DNA of 64,000 nt from Tubiluchus corallicola (taxonomy: Eukaryota > Animalia > Priapulida). Below, piece by piece: positions 43,101 through 55,600 of this stretch; position 1 is the first letter of the stretch, and each line of letters begins with the position of its first letter. Under the pieces are notes generated by a model. It made no database searches. It was not told the DNA's origin and worked only from the letters and a program-made list of their open reading frames with translations. The translations under genes and the position numbers were made by a program. The stretch spans positions 186,001-250,000 of the forward strand of contig JAQGDQ010000265.1 of the NCBI GenBank assembly GCA_030141605.1. The letters run 5' to 3'.

Positions 43101-46100
43101 CCATTCATGCAATGTGTACAAAATCTGCATCATTATCTGATGATTATATGATTATTCATCCTGTCCATTCAGTGCTTTAATTTTGAAGATGTTAGAGGCT
43201 ATAGCTGAAATGGCAAATGCCAACTGACCTTAACATTTTGATCTAATATCACAGTATGCTACATCATTGTTTCAACTGCTATTATAGATACCTGCATAAT
43301 AAGTTTCCTGACCACCTATACTTGCCCCTGTATTTTTCACTTATTGATACAAACTTGTTTTAGCCCATTTGCCTGCATCACATGACCTGGGCATGCGCAC
43401 TTTTTTAAAAATACTTGGTACATATTTGCCCTCACGCAGGTACCCGTACGAAGAAGGCTAATATTGTAAGAAGAATCGAATGACAAAGCCATTTGCTAAC
43501 CATTTCTTGAGCTTTTAAAGTCCCAAGTGTATATCTTCTCCACTATGGTTAACTCAGTGGTTTAAAAGGAATTGAGTGACAATCTAAAAACTTACCGGTG
43601 CCCAGCATCTTAGTCTTAAGGTGTAATAAACACAGTGAATTTAAGGAAGATTTTGCTAGATTTGGCATAGATTTTAATTAATATTTTTAGTTTGCAAGTG
43701 ATATTGGATTCTTTGCACCAGCTACATTCAGGCTGGTAGAAGGAGATGGTCCTGTGCACTTGAGCGGCTGCCATATGGTTGGTAAGTGCTTTCATTGTTC
43801 AATGCTAATAATTTAAATTGTACATAATGTCAGGTAACTTGCATTTTTGTTTTGTGTGCCAGTATATGGATATTTTACATAGTTTACTTTGGGCGTTGCT
43901 TCAGCGTTGGATGTTGTCGGTGATGCGCAACTCGTTTTGGGAAGCAAGGAATGTCAATCTCTATCCTATAATGTGAAGCACACAAGGGAAATGTGTTCGA
44001 ATAGCCACAGTTAATTGAAGAGGTTTTAAATCTGACATAAAGCAGACACACATTGCAACAGACATGGCCTCATACAAAATCGATATTACTGGTGTGCAAG
44101 AAACGCACTTAACTGGATCTAGAGTTATAAATCTTATTTCTGCAAATGGTACAAAATTTGGTTTTTACTGTGCTGGAGCAAAAACTCGTAAAAATGACAT
44201 TGTAAGAATAATAGTATAGCAAGAATTTAAAGCCACTTTCAGAAATGACTGAAAGGATCTGCATGCTACAAGTAGATATTAATAACGACAAACGTGCAAT
44301 AAAGTGCACTTATGGGAAAAATAACGACAAACATGCAATAGTCAGCGAAAAATACCGATTTGCGAGAGAAATTTTACAGTGATTTAGATGTAGTCATGCA
44401 ATCTATAAGTAAAAGTCATATCCTATATTTAGCTGGAGTTTTTGATGTTAAAACAAGTTTAGGATGTTTGCATTATCCAACATATAACATTGGCAAATTT
44501 GATAAAGGACTCATGAACAGCAATGGGGAATATTTGAATAATTTGAGATTAACCAATTCAACACAAAATGGTTCGCAGAGCAACATAGGTAGCACCTAAC
44601 AGGCAAAGTCTGAAAAAATCAATCAGAAAACAGATAGACTACATAATAGTAAGAAGAGAGCACAAAATTTTTGTTAACGATTCTCGTTCGTATTCTGGAA
44701 CACAAACCTTCTCAGATCATCGATTAGTTATGGCTAAATACAATATAAACTGGTTTTTGAAGACCACTAAGAAACCTACCTTGCAGAAATTTGAGTTTAG
44801 TAAGCTAGAAGATCAAGAAGTTAAATTAAAATATCAACAGACAGTTGAACATCAACTGATGCAAAGTCTGGTGATGAGGTCCAACAGCAAAAGAATAACA
44901 TAGTGGATTCGTGTATGGAAATTTCAAAAAAATTCTGGTATATAATAAGAAACACAAATCAAAGAAAGTAGTCAGTGGTACACAAGTTGAGCAGTTATCC
45001 TATGAGAAAAAGAAATCAGGTTAAACTATAACGTGATCACAGACTTCAATATTAGAAGAGTTACAAGTATAAATGAATAATAAGATATGAGAACTAAAGA
45101 AAACTATTAAACAAATTGAAGAAGAAAGACTGCTAAAATTATTAAAGATATAGAGAAAAGTAAAAAAAGATTCCACTCTGGTGTTTAAAGCTGTGCTGTT
45201 AGAAACATTAACAGAAATAAACTGAAAGAAAAAATAGTAGTACAAACTACAAGTGGACTTACAACTGATGAAATAGAAGCAGCAGAATTAATTACTAAGT
45301 TCTTTGAAAAAAACATTCGTCATTGCTAATTGAAAACTCTGCCTGATTTGGAGCCTGTAGATATCGAACCACCTTTTAATGAAGAAGAACTATATTGTGC
45401 AATGAAATTTCTAAAGAACGACAAAAGTCCAGTCATTGATAATTTGGTAGCTGAACAATTAAAATATGGACCTAGTTTAGTAAGCTCAGGATTGCTAACT
45501 TGTTAAATGATGTTGCAAAAATGGGAAATTATCCAAAAGAAGCTAAGAAGGTGTTCTAGTACCAATTCCAAAACCAAAGAAGAAAAAAGGACCAGTAGAG
45601 AACTTAAGGCCAATAATTCTACTAAGTCTATTGAAGAAAATTTTGGCAATTTTTGTGATCACGCACACACGACCGACTAAACAACACTATACCAATTATC
45701 CAAACTGCATATAGAATAGGAAGGAATACTGCAGAATTAATCATGTCTGCAAAAATCTTAGCCGAAAAAGCTATAATTTCAATCAGTTCTAACCAGCAAG
45801 AAACTATCCCTCAAAACAAGGCCGAGACTCTTTCATGCATATGTAACCAGTATATTGACATACAACAGTGAAATGTGGTGCTTTACTACAATGCAGGAAG
45901 CAGAAATAGATGAGTTTCCCAGAGGCCTACTCAGAAAAATCTTAAAAATAAAGTTACCTTATATCATTTCAAAAGAGCAGCTATATAACAGAGCCAAAGA
46001 AGAACATTGGAGTACTAAAATCAGAATCAGCAGACTAAGATGGGTAGGACATTTAATGAGATCACCAGAAACAACACCAGTAAGATTAGCATTAAACGAG

Positions 46101-49100
46101 GCATTGAAACCTATTAAACGACCTCCAGGCAATCCAAAAACAACTTGGATATCGAGAATTCGTAAACATTTACAACAGCTGGAACCAAATCTAACAATAG
46201 CATTACAGAAATTAAAAATTTTAGCTGCACACAGGACACAGTGGAGTGCTGTAATAAAGGACAGCGGCTTCATGTCTACAATAGATGTTTAGAGCAACAC
46301 AAGAAGAAGAACTTTGGGAAAAAGTCGACATTTCTGTTGATTATTTTAGTGTCATAATTTTATTCACTAGATGGTGCCTGCCCTCATTGTTATGTTGGTT
46401 ACATTTACTTGTAGTTTTAATTTGTCATGCTGTGCAGATCTAATAGGTTCCATATAGTAGGTTATTCATTCAATATTATGAGCGAGTCAGAAATCTTAAA
46501 AATATTTTACCAGCTGTTGCTCGCTCTGATGCATGATCATTTCTATAGGTAGCAGTAGCTTTATTATTATTATTTTGTTTGTGATGTCTAAAAGCAGAAC
46601 AAATACAAATTTACAACACCTTACAAAAATAAGGCAGACAAAACAAAGTCATAATTAGTAGCCAGTTCAGACATCACAGGCAGACCCATAAGGTAAAAAG
46701 TTATTAAATGGGGTCCTAACACATAATGAATACACATAAGAGTTCACATTTTACCAAAAATTGTGACAGTGCTGAAATGAATGAGTAAATGGAGCTGAGT
46801 ACTAGACTAAAGCAAATATGTAAGAAATAAGAACAATACATTCATAGAAGTCACTGCTTCACTGATTACGATTTCAAAATTTACTTGGTACAAATTTTGA
46901 CTAGACATTTATGACAGGAACAGGTGGACAAGAAATTTTAATAACACATATATACACTCTTTTTCTTGTTTGGACACATTAGAAAGGTGTATTTCAGATC
47001 TTATATTTCAAGATAATATTTCAATCTTGCTTTTGATTTTACCTTATCAGATAAATATATATGTATATATTATTGTTATTAAGTTGGTGGTTGTAAGCAT
47101 GGTGATGATTCTTTCGAACAACATTTAAAATCAAGAATAGATGTGGTGTTTCTTCTACACTGTGCAGTACACAAAATAAATTTACATTACTCTAAGAAAG
47201 TGCTCTTTTTTCCACTTTACGTACCATATGCTTTGAGCTTTGGCGATTGGAGACCTTTTTATTTTTGTGCAAAGTCTTAACTTCGTCATTATCTAGTCAG
47301 AGGGTGCACTTATATAGGAACATATTTTTCACATTGCGTCATCTTTTTTCAGATGTATCATATGGAGATTTTGATGATGAAGACGAGTCGGATGATGAAG
47401 AAGACGATGAATCGAAACATGTCACTGAAATGAATGCGTTGGGCAAGCGCAAGGCAGCTAATGCTCAACAAGGAAAGAAAGCTAAGGTGAAAATCCCCAT
47501 TTATTTTGCATTAGTGGAAAATATGCTCTGACTAATTTTCTTCTCAGTTGTAACTAAATATTGGTATGCTTGGCACTCTTGAAAGTAACCAATCCCCTAG
47601 TAATGTTTAAGTTGTTTAGGAAATTTCAAAAACCGTTTGTTTGGTAGAAAACTGTAAGCAGTTTAGCATTAAAAGTGTAATCTCTGTATTATACGAAAAG
47701 TGAAGTGAGAGAGGAAGAATGTTAACAAGAGCGAGGTTAAAGAGAAGAGGAAAATGTAGGGAGGGAAGACCTAAGATAGAAAGGAAAAGGGAAGGGCAGA
47801 AGATTAACAGAAGTATTCAATACTGGAAAGTCAACACCATGAGCAAAATGAGGTAGGACAAAGATGGGAGGGAAAGAAAAGAAAAAGAGTAGAAAAGTCA
47901 ATATTGAATTTCGTAGGAAACAATACAATTATGCACAGAAAAGTTTAATGTTGCTGATTGTCAGCACTAAGCTGAATGAGGGTTATAGTAATGCCTCCGT
48001 TAGTCACTCCATAATTTTTATTATTGGCTCTGTGGACAACTTTTAAGCCAAACTGTCTGACCCAAAGCTTTCATCTTTGGATTCCTAGGGCATTTGTGAG
48101 GGTCTCAAGGTTCTCAATACTTGAAAAAAATTATGCACGCATTTTAAGCTTTGATCCTAAGCTTTCTGTTGCGATAATAGAGGCATGAATCTAAATAAAT
48201 CTTATTAATACACTTGCAAGTAAAAGAAACCGTGAAGCCCGAGTTGCTGGACACTTTGAAGTGAATTTTGTGTAGTTGATTCTATGCATTAAGTTTGCAA
48301 ACTTTTTTGTTATTTTGTAGAGGTGTTTGTCTAGAGAGGTGTTCTTAATTATGACAATGATTATAATGTACATACATGTATAAGCACTGTTCCTTTTTAC
48401 TTGTTAAAGGGTTTTTAAGGAAATGGTGGAATTTGATTAAAATTTTTCCTATAAGTAACATTGATCTGTATATTGTAAACAAGAGAAATTGACCACGATA
48501 ATTTGTCAACATGGCAAAAACTTTAAGTGACTGAAATATAATACGAAATAGTTCAGAGGAATTGAAGGAGAAAAGCACTTGTAAAAAGTGTAAGGAAGTG
48601 AAATAGCACATTTTTACAGATGCAAATTTTTGTTTTAAAGAAATTAAAGAAATACCGAACCCAACGTTAAACCAGATTGATCCCGCATAAAATACTTAAA
48701 GGGAAATATTGCTTTTTCAAGAATGACTTGTAGGAATGAATTATTACTGAGGATGTTTAATTTCACTTTTGTGCCATTAGTTTAATTTTGGCTGTTACAT
48801 GTATTTTGCCAGTCACCAATTAGATGGACAATAGCGCCTGCATCTCGGAAATGCAGTTGCACCAAAAACAGTCACTGTACCTGTCAATTCACAATTCAGT
48901 TTGATGTGGCATACACTTGTAGTGAACATGCACTTTGGCACAGGGATAAACTTGCAATTTAAATTTATGGACTTAAAATTGCCGAGTTGGTGTAAGTCAT
49001 AGTCAGTGCTGTGCAACTGCACTGTATTTCAATTTTTGCTTTTGCCAAGACGTACAACATGCTTGCTGAATATTTGTGCCATTACAAAATTATTATCAGT

Positions 49101-49627
49101 TGCTGCCACTGCTAATTAAGTTTTTAACTTATTTACTTGTCAGAAACAGTTTGACATTACTATATGTCATAATAATGTGTACTTTTTATTGTACTTCAAA
49201 ATGGGTCGGTCAGGATATCCTATTTATTAGCAATTTATCCTATTTTCCATGTAATAAGGTTAGGTATTCTGTCTTTGCCTATGTTTATTACATATAACAT
49301 AATTTATACATTTTTTTATTTGCTTACAGGTGATGAAAGTGGACAAAGGTGCAAAAGACCATCAAAAGGTGTGTGACAAATATTTATCGTTAAGTGTAGT
49401 ATATAAACAAATAAACATTAGTAAAAGGCAAAGTACTATAAAAGCAAAAATGTTAATTAGTATAGGATTTGAAAATTTTATTTGTGCACAACTTAAATTA
49501 CATTATATATATATATATATATATCATGTAATTTAAGTTGTGCGCAAATAAAATATTCAACTCCTATACTAATTAAAATTTAATTAAAGTTAAATAATTC
49601 AAATGTGTATATATATACAATATATAT

Positions 49628-49661
<34 letters not shown>

Positions 49662-52600
49662 GTATTTTAGTGTACAATATTTTAATCAATTTATGCAATA
49701 TCATTTATGCTGTATTAAGTGCTATAGATAATGAATAACCTAGATAATAAAAATATACATTAATGTACCGTATTTTCCCATGTATAAGAGACCCTTGTGT
49801 ATTAGACCCCTTCAATTTTTAGGCAAAAATTCTGGAAAAAAGTTTTTTGGTAATGAATAACTTTATTCATCATAGAAATCATTAAATTCCTCATCACTCT
49901 CATCAAAAATATCAACTGGAGTCAGACCTTCAGCAATTCCAGCCAGTTCATCATCAGAGGAGTCACTCTGCTCAAAAATGGCATTGTCCTCTGTGCCGTC
50001 CATGGCATTGGAGATGCCGCACTTCTTGAAAGATTTAATAATGACCTCTGGCTTTACACCATTCCATGCCTTGAGGACCCAGCTGCAGACTTCTCCAAGG
50101 TATAAGAGACCCCCTATTTTTAAAGTGAAAATTCTGAGCAAAAAAGGGTCTCTTATACATGGGAAAATACGGTAATTATTATAAACAAATTCTTAACTTT
50201 AGTGACTTTTTTTAGAATGGCGGCGGTGATTACTTTGACGACGAAGAAGAGAGTGATGAGGACGAAGATGATGAGGAGGCAGACAACGCAAACAATTACA
50301 GTATTGAAAACATGGTAACTTGCTATCATAAATTTTTCCAGTTTAGTCATTTCCACCGCTTTGTACCAAAGACATGATGTCGTGATATTTCACTTCACTG
50401 GAAAAACAAAATTTCTATTGGTTTTCTTTTTTGAAACACATTGTGCAACCCAAAGTAAACTTAAACTAGATCAATATTCATCATTATAATTTAAACTTAC
50501 TACATTTTTAAACGCTCTGGTATCATCAGCCCCGTCACTTGTTTTGCTGCACAGTCAGAGCTCGTTATAATGCCCTCCCACCTTTTAATGCCAACCTTGC
50601 TTAACGTCCAAATTTTTAGCAAAACAAAATATCTATATTCACCTTGTTTATGACAAAGTCATAAAAAACTTAAGATTCTGCATTATGACCAAAATTGCAA
50701 CTGTTGACAGTGAAAAACCTTTGCTAACTTCATCTTTGTCTCAATATCATAATTTTACTATTGCCGAATTCTCTCTTCGTGCTTGATTAGCTAGGAAATC
50801 CTTTTTATTGCAAGCCATTTTAACACTTGTCTGTCATGTGACCGGGCCAAGCCCACTTTTCGAAAAATTCTTAGTACACATCTTCCCTCGACCGCCACAA
50901 TAACATAGGCTTCTAGTCCAAATACTACAAGCGGCGTTGAGTGACAAAGTCATTCTCCCCAATTTTAACATTTTGGGGCCTGCTGCTATGACCTGCTTTG
51001 ACCCAGAGGTCACCATTCTTAGGTAGTTCTCTGGCCACCTATGTTAGGTGCCCACTCTGCAAGTTATGTGATTCTAGCTCTTATAGTTACAGAGTTATTA
51101 ACCAGACCTTATATTAACAGTTTCGCCTATGTCACGCCTGACCAGGTCACACCCACTTTTCGAAAAATACTTAATGCACATATGCAGCCACTCTCCTACC
51201 CACACATGGATAAACATTGACTCCTAGTCCAATACTGTAAGAGGAGTTCATTGGCAAAGCTGTTCGCCCTAATTTTCACGTTTTGGATCCTAACTCGGAC
51301 CTTTCCTAGACTCCAATTTCCGGAAAATACTTAATGCACATCTACCCCACAGCACCTAAGTACCTGTGAAAAATTTGAAACCTAACTTAAAGCCCTAGGA
51401 GGAGTTGAGCGACAAACAGAAAACTGACCGATGTCCATTGTACTTGACCCATTGACCCGAGGTCACTGTTCTCCATACCACTCTCTGTCCCCCACCCTGA
51501 CGTGTCTACCCACCAAGTTTGGTGACTCTAGGTACCATTGTTTTGGAGTTATTCACTGTCGTAGCACGGAAATAATAAATAAACGGTTCATTTCCTATAA
51601 GATTCTGCTATATGCAGAATCTTAATGTACCACGTTGTAATGCCAAACTCGCTATAATGCCAATTATTTTGTTTTCCCAAAGTAAGCGGTTATATAAACT
51701 AGTTAATTATAAAGTAGCCTAGAATTAGGAAAGACTGATTTACTTGTGAGTGTTGGTTTTGATTTTCGCAATGGCCTTGTTTGCGATAGATTTACACTGT
51801 TGTTCACTTATTTAACAGGAAGATGAAGAAAGTGAAGAAGAGGAATCTGAGGAGCCAACACCTGAGTAAGTGATAATAATATTCCTTTTCACGTTTCACT
51901 GTGCACATGCGCAGTTGCTGTAGGTCAAAGGTTAAGTGTACCACAGCAACGCGTCTTAACTACAACTTTCATATCACCAACGCCTCTTAATTACAACCGT
52001 CACGGTGACATGTGAGTAAAGTAAAGCATGTCAGTTCAGTAATTTCAGTTATTTTACGTGGACTATGCATTAGTCTGTGCATAGAGTGATTTATTAGCAG
52101 GGTCTTGCTCGTGCTAGCAGGAACAAGAAAAATAAAACTGTTACTGTTATGAGGTACGAGGTGTTGTACACAAATGCATTGTCTTGTACACTTAACCTTT
52201 GACCTTTTCACGATCATCAATTGATGGAACTGTGAAAAGGCTTATTATATACAGTATGCTTGTGGTATCAGAATTTTCTTCAAGGCTATACTGCTGTTTT
52301 TGAAATTTGTTCGTTTTTAATTTATACAAACTTATGTCTTTGCAAGGACGCTCCAATCAACTTGCATTTCAAGCTTAATACATGGACTTGTTTAAAACCG
52401 GGTTGATAGGGTTTGTAGAAAGATGGAGCTTCTCTTTGGGAGAATCATTGATGTAAAATTCTATTCAAATGACATAGTACTGAAATTTGATATTATAACA
52501 GTTGAAACTTTGAAGAGTACAACTTGCTGGATTAAGGAGATCGATGTTTAATAGTGCTGATAGCATGAAATTTTGCACAAAAAAATCCATTAGCAGAAAA

Positions 52601-55600
52601 TCCTCTGATTCAGAAAATGAGTCGATGGTTTTTTTATGGGATTTATCTTGCAGAAGGCAGACTGTGACGGTGCACATATATTTCTTGATTATTTTTGTCA
52701 GGATTCTGATTATTTATTTAATTAGGCTCGAAAGCGCACCTCACAAAAGAAATTGATTTTTATTAACCATCGAATTAAAGATGTGATAAGCTGAAACATG
52801 GATTTTCCTAAAGCACGTGTTATGGGTTCTGTGTTATTTCCCAAACGTGTAACGTTGTCACTGTTGTGATGTAGTATTTAGGAAAAATTACTGATTGACA
52901 ATCTCAATTAATCTAAATAAACTAGGCATTAAGTTCAATTGCTTTATTTAATTACAAATATAATACGCATGAAAAAACCTGTGCACTTATCATTAAACCA
53001 AAACTGTACAAGTGTATACGAGGTTACAAGCATACCGGTACCGGGTACCACGTCAGAGCTCCAGTCCTGGCGTTAACTGCGTCACCATTCCATTTCCATT
53101 CCATGACGATGGTTTCATCACTCCACTTTGTAAATGTATCTGCAACATTCCATTCCATTCCATGTGTTATCGATCCAAACCATACCATCCGTCATTCGAT
53201 TCCACCACGTTCCGACAGCTGCTGGCAGCTCACCTCACAGATCGCCACCTCTTCGCCTCACCACTGACATGGTAGCTACAGCTTTCTCGTGATACGACAG
53301 TCTAGCTTGCTTGACTCCGTCTCGCTGCTGGGAGTCTCGCCAATACAAGTCTAGATTAAGTTCCGTATTCCATTGACCATATTAACAAGCCGTTTCTATT
53401 CTGCTTATATCATTTGAGGAAGTTCTACAATAGTATAAATCAAAACATCCCAATTAATCTCGTTAGAGATGTTCTAACTGAGTGGACAGACTTTAAACGT
53501 GCCTACCACAAGTTACGATATGCTCAAAAACCAAGTATCAACTGTCTAGCTAGATTGAGAAATTCACTTCTCCACGACCTGTAGGAATCACATGTGTTTA
53601 TGCATTTTTAAAATAACCAATGAGAGGCAAGTATGAGTTAAACACAACTAGGTTACCTGTACCGATTTCACAACTGTACATATGCAAAACTGAACTGCTT
53701 CATCTCTTAAAGAAGTATTTTAAGTTCAAATAATCTCAAGACTATAATATCGCAACATATTGATATTAATCTAATTGTTAAGAATAAAAATTGTTAGGTA
53801 AAGCAGTGTTTATTTGGCTTGTGTACGCATTCAAAATAAAAAATCAAACTTGGTCAGTAGTACGTCCGATAGGGTACGAAAATAGGGCGCTATCACACAG
53901 ATGTTATTCTACCAAAACTCTGGAAAGTTAATGTTTGAATTAACAGGATGAGAAATAGCTGCAAGTAGAAATTTGCAACGAACTGACGTATGAGGGAAAA
54001 CCGTTCTAGTTTGGAGAAGATTCAGTGTAAAATGGAAAAGCTGTAAAAACAAGTTGAATGTATGAATGAATATTTTGTAAAGGGAAAGCTTATGTCAGCT
54101 TGAAAACAAGTAACAGTTATCTCACCTGTTGACTTTTCGTCTAATATTAGGTACTGAGATGGCGGCATCAGCAAAATTAAAAACTAACTAATGAGGACTA
54201 TTATTGTGCAAATCTGATCAGTTGCAGTTTTCTGATGATGTGATGACATTATTTTTGGTAATGGATGCAAATTACCTGATAGTAAATGCTTTTTACTTCT
54301 TACTCGAAAAATATTGTTGTGACGTAAAAAGTACAATTGTTTTCTCAATTGTAGGAAGAAACCGAAAGGGAAAGCGGGCAAAGTAGCAAGCAAAGAAAAA
54401 GCAAAGGTAAGTATTTACAGTATAATCCAATTATGACGACTTATTACGAGCGAATTTCAAAGTCCCGCCAAATTTTAGGGTTAAATGTATTTAAACCTTG
54501 CTTATAGCGAGCTCCGGCATTATGAGATTTTGCTTATTGTGAGGAAATTTATCCGCCCTGTGATTGTATTTACCCTGTGTATAACGAGGGTGAGTTCTAA
54601 AACAATGTGTTTGTAACATGTGCTGCATCACCATGGGAAAAAAAGGTCATGAACAACTAGGCGTGAGAATTCATTTATTGATCATGCATACATCTACGCT
54701 ACGTAAAACACTCAGCTATCAGTAGACATTGCATATAAATGAATCACATTCCCAGTAGGCGTTTAAAAAGGAACTTGCCAGCCGTTTTATGCAGCAATTT
54801 ATTGTAGAGTGAATTAAATGTACCTTAGTCATAGAAATAATAGTCCTATAGAGTCTAAATACCTGCCATACCAATAATTAGTTAAACTTAAGTAAGTTTG
54901 TGTGATATACAATATTTGATTCTTTTTTTGTTGAAAATACCTGGGCTTTCACAGTTAGTACAGCGACTTTGGCTTTGCGCCACCTCGATCAACTGTCTAG
55001 ATGTTCAATACTTTAGTTTCAGCACACTGAGTGCTGCAACACACTCAACCACAGGTCAAGTTATACAAATTATTGGAATTTATGAATGACAAGAGCGATG
55101 TCAACAGTTTCGAACCGTCTATGCAGGGTGGTTCTAAGCAAAGCAGCTAAACAATCAGAAGTTTTATTTAAAAACATAGTTATTGCTAAAGTGGTGAGTA
55201 GTCTAATTAAAAGATTAGGCAGAGTAGCTGCATTATAACCATACTCGTTAAGTACTATAAAAAGCAATCTGATCACAGCAACGTGTTACACGTATCTTTC
55301 CAACACTGTATGGGTAAAAGCTTTCACTTCTACATTTAAACAGTTGACCTCGGCTACAACCTGACTCAGTTATAGCGAGCAAATTTTCACGGTCCCTTGA
55401 ATCTCGTTATAAGCTGACTATAAGCACTGTATTTAATAATATGTTAGACCTAAAAAAATAAATATTTGTAGTGTTTTAATTGTGATACATTTTGTACACA
55501 TACTAGCATAATATGATGGAAAGTAAGTCACAACTGGCATAATTTAGCCAAACCATCTGTAAAAATGACGATGGTTAATGATACCAAGACAGTTTTCACA

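Noticed and set aside
45855-46292. 145-aa ORF as a nested gene
   Set aside because: It is the C-terminal part of the decayed RTE LINE ORF.
49863-50141. 92-aa ORF as a host gene
   Set aside because: It is a transposase C-terminal fragment enclosed by TIRs, and its apparent N-terminus is TIR sequence.
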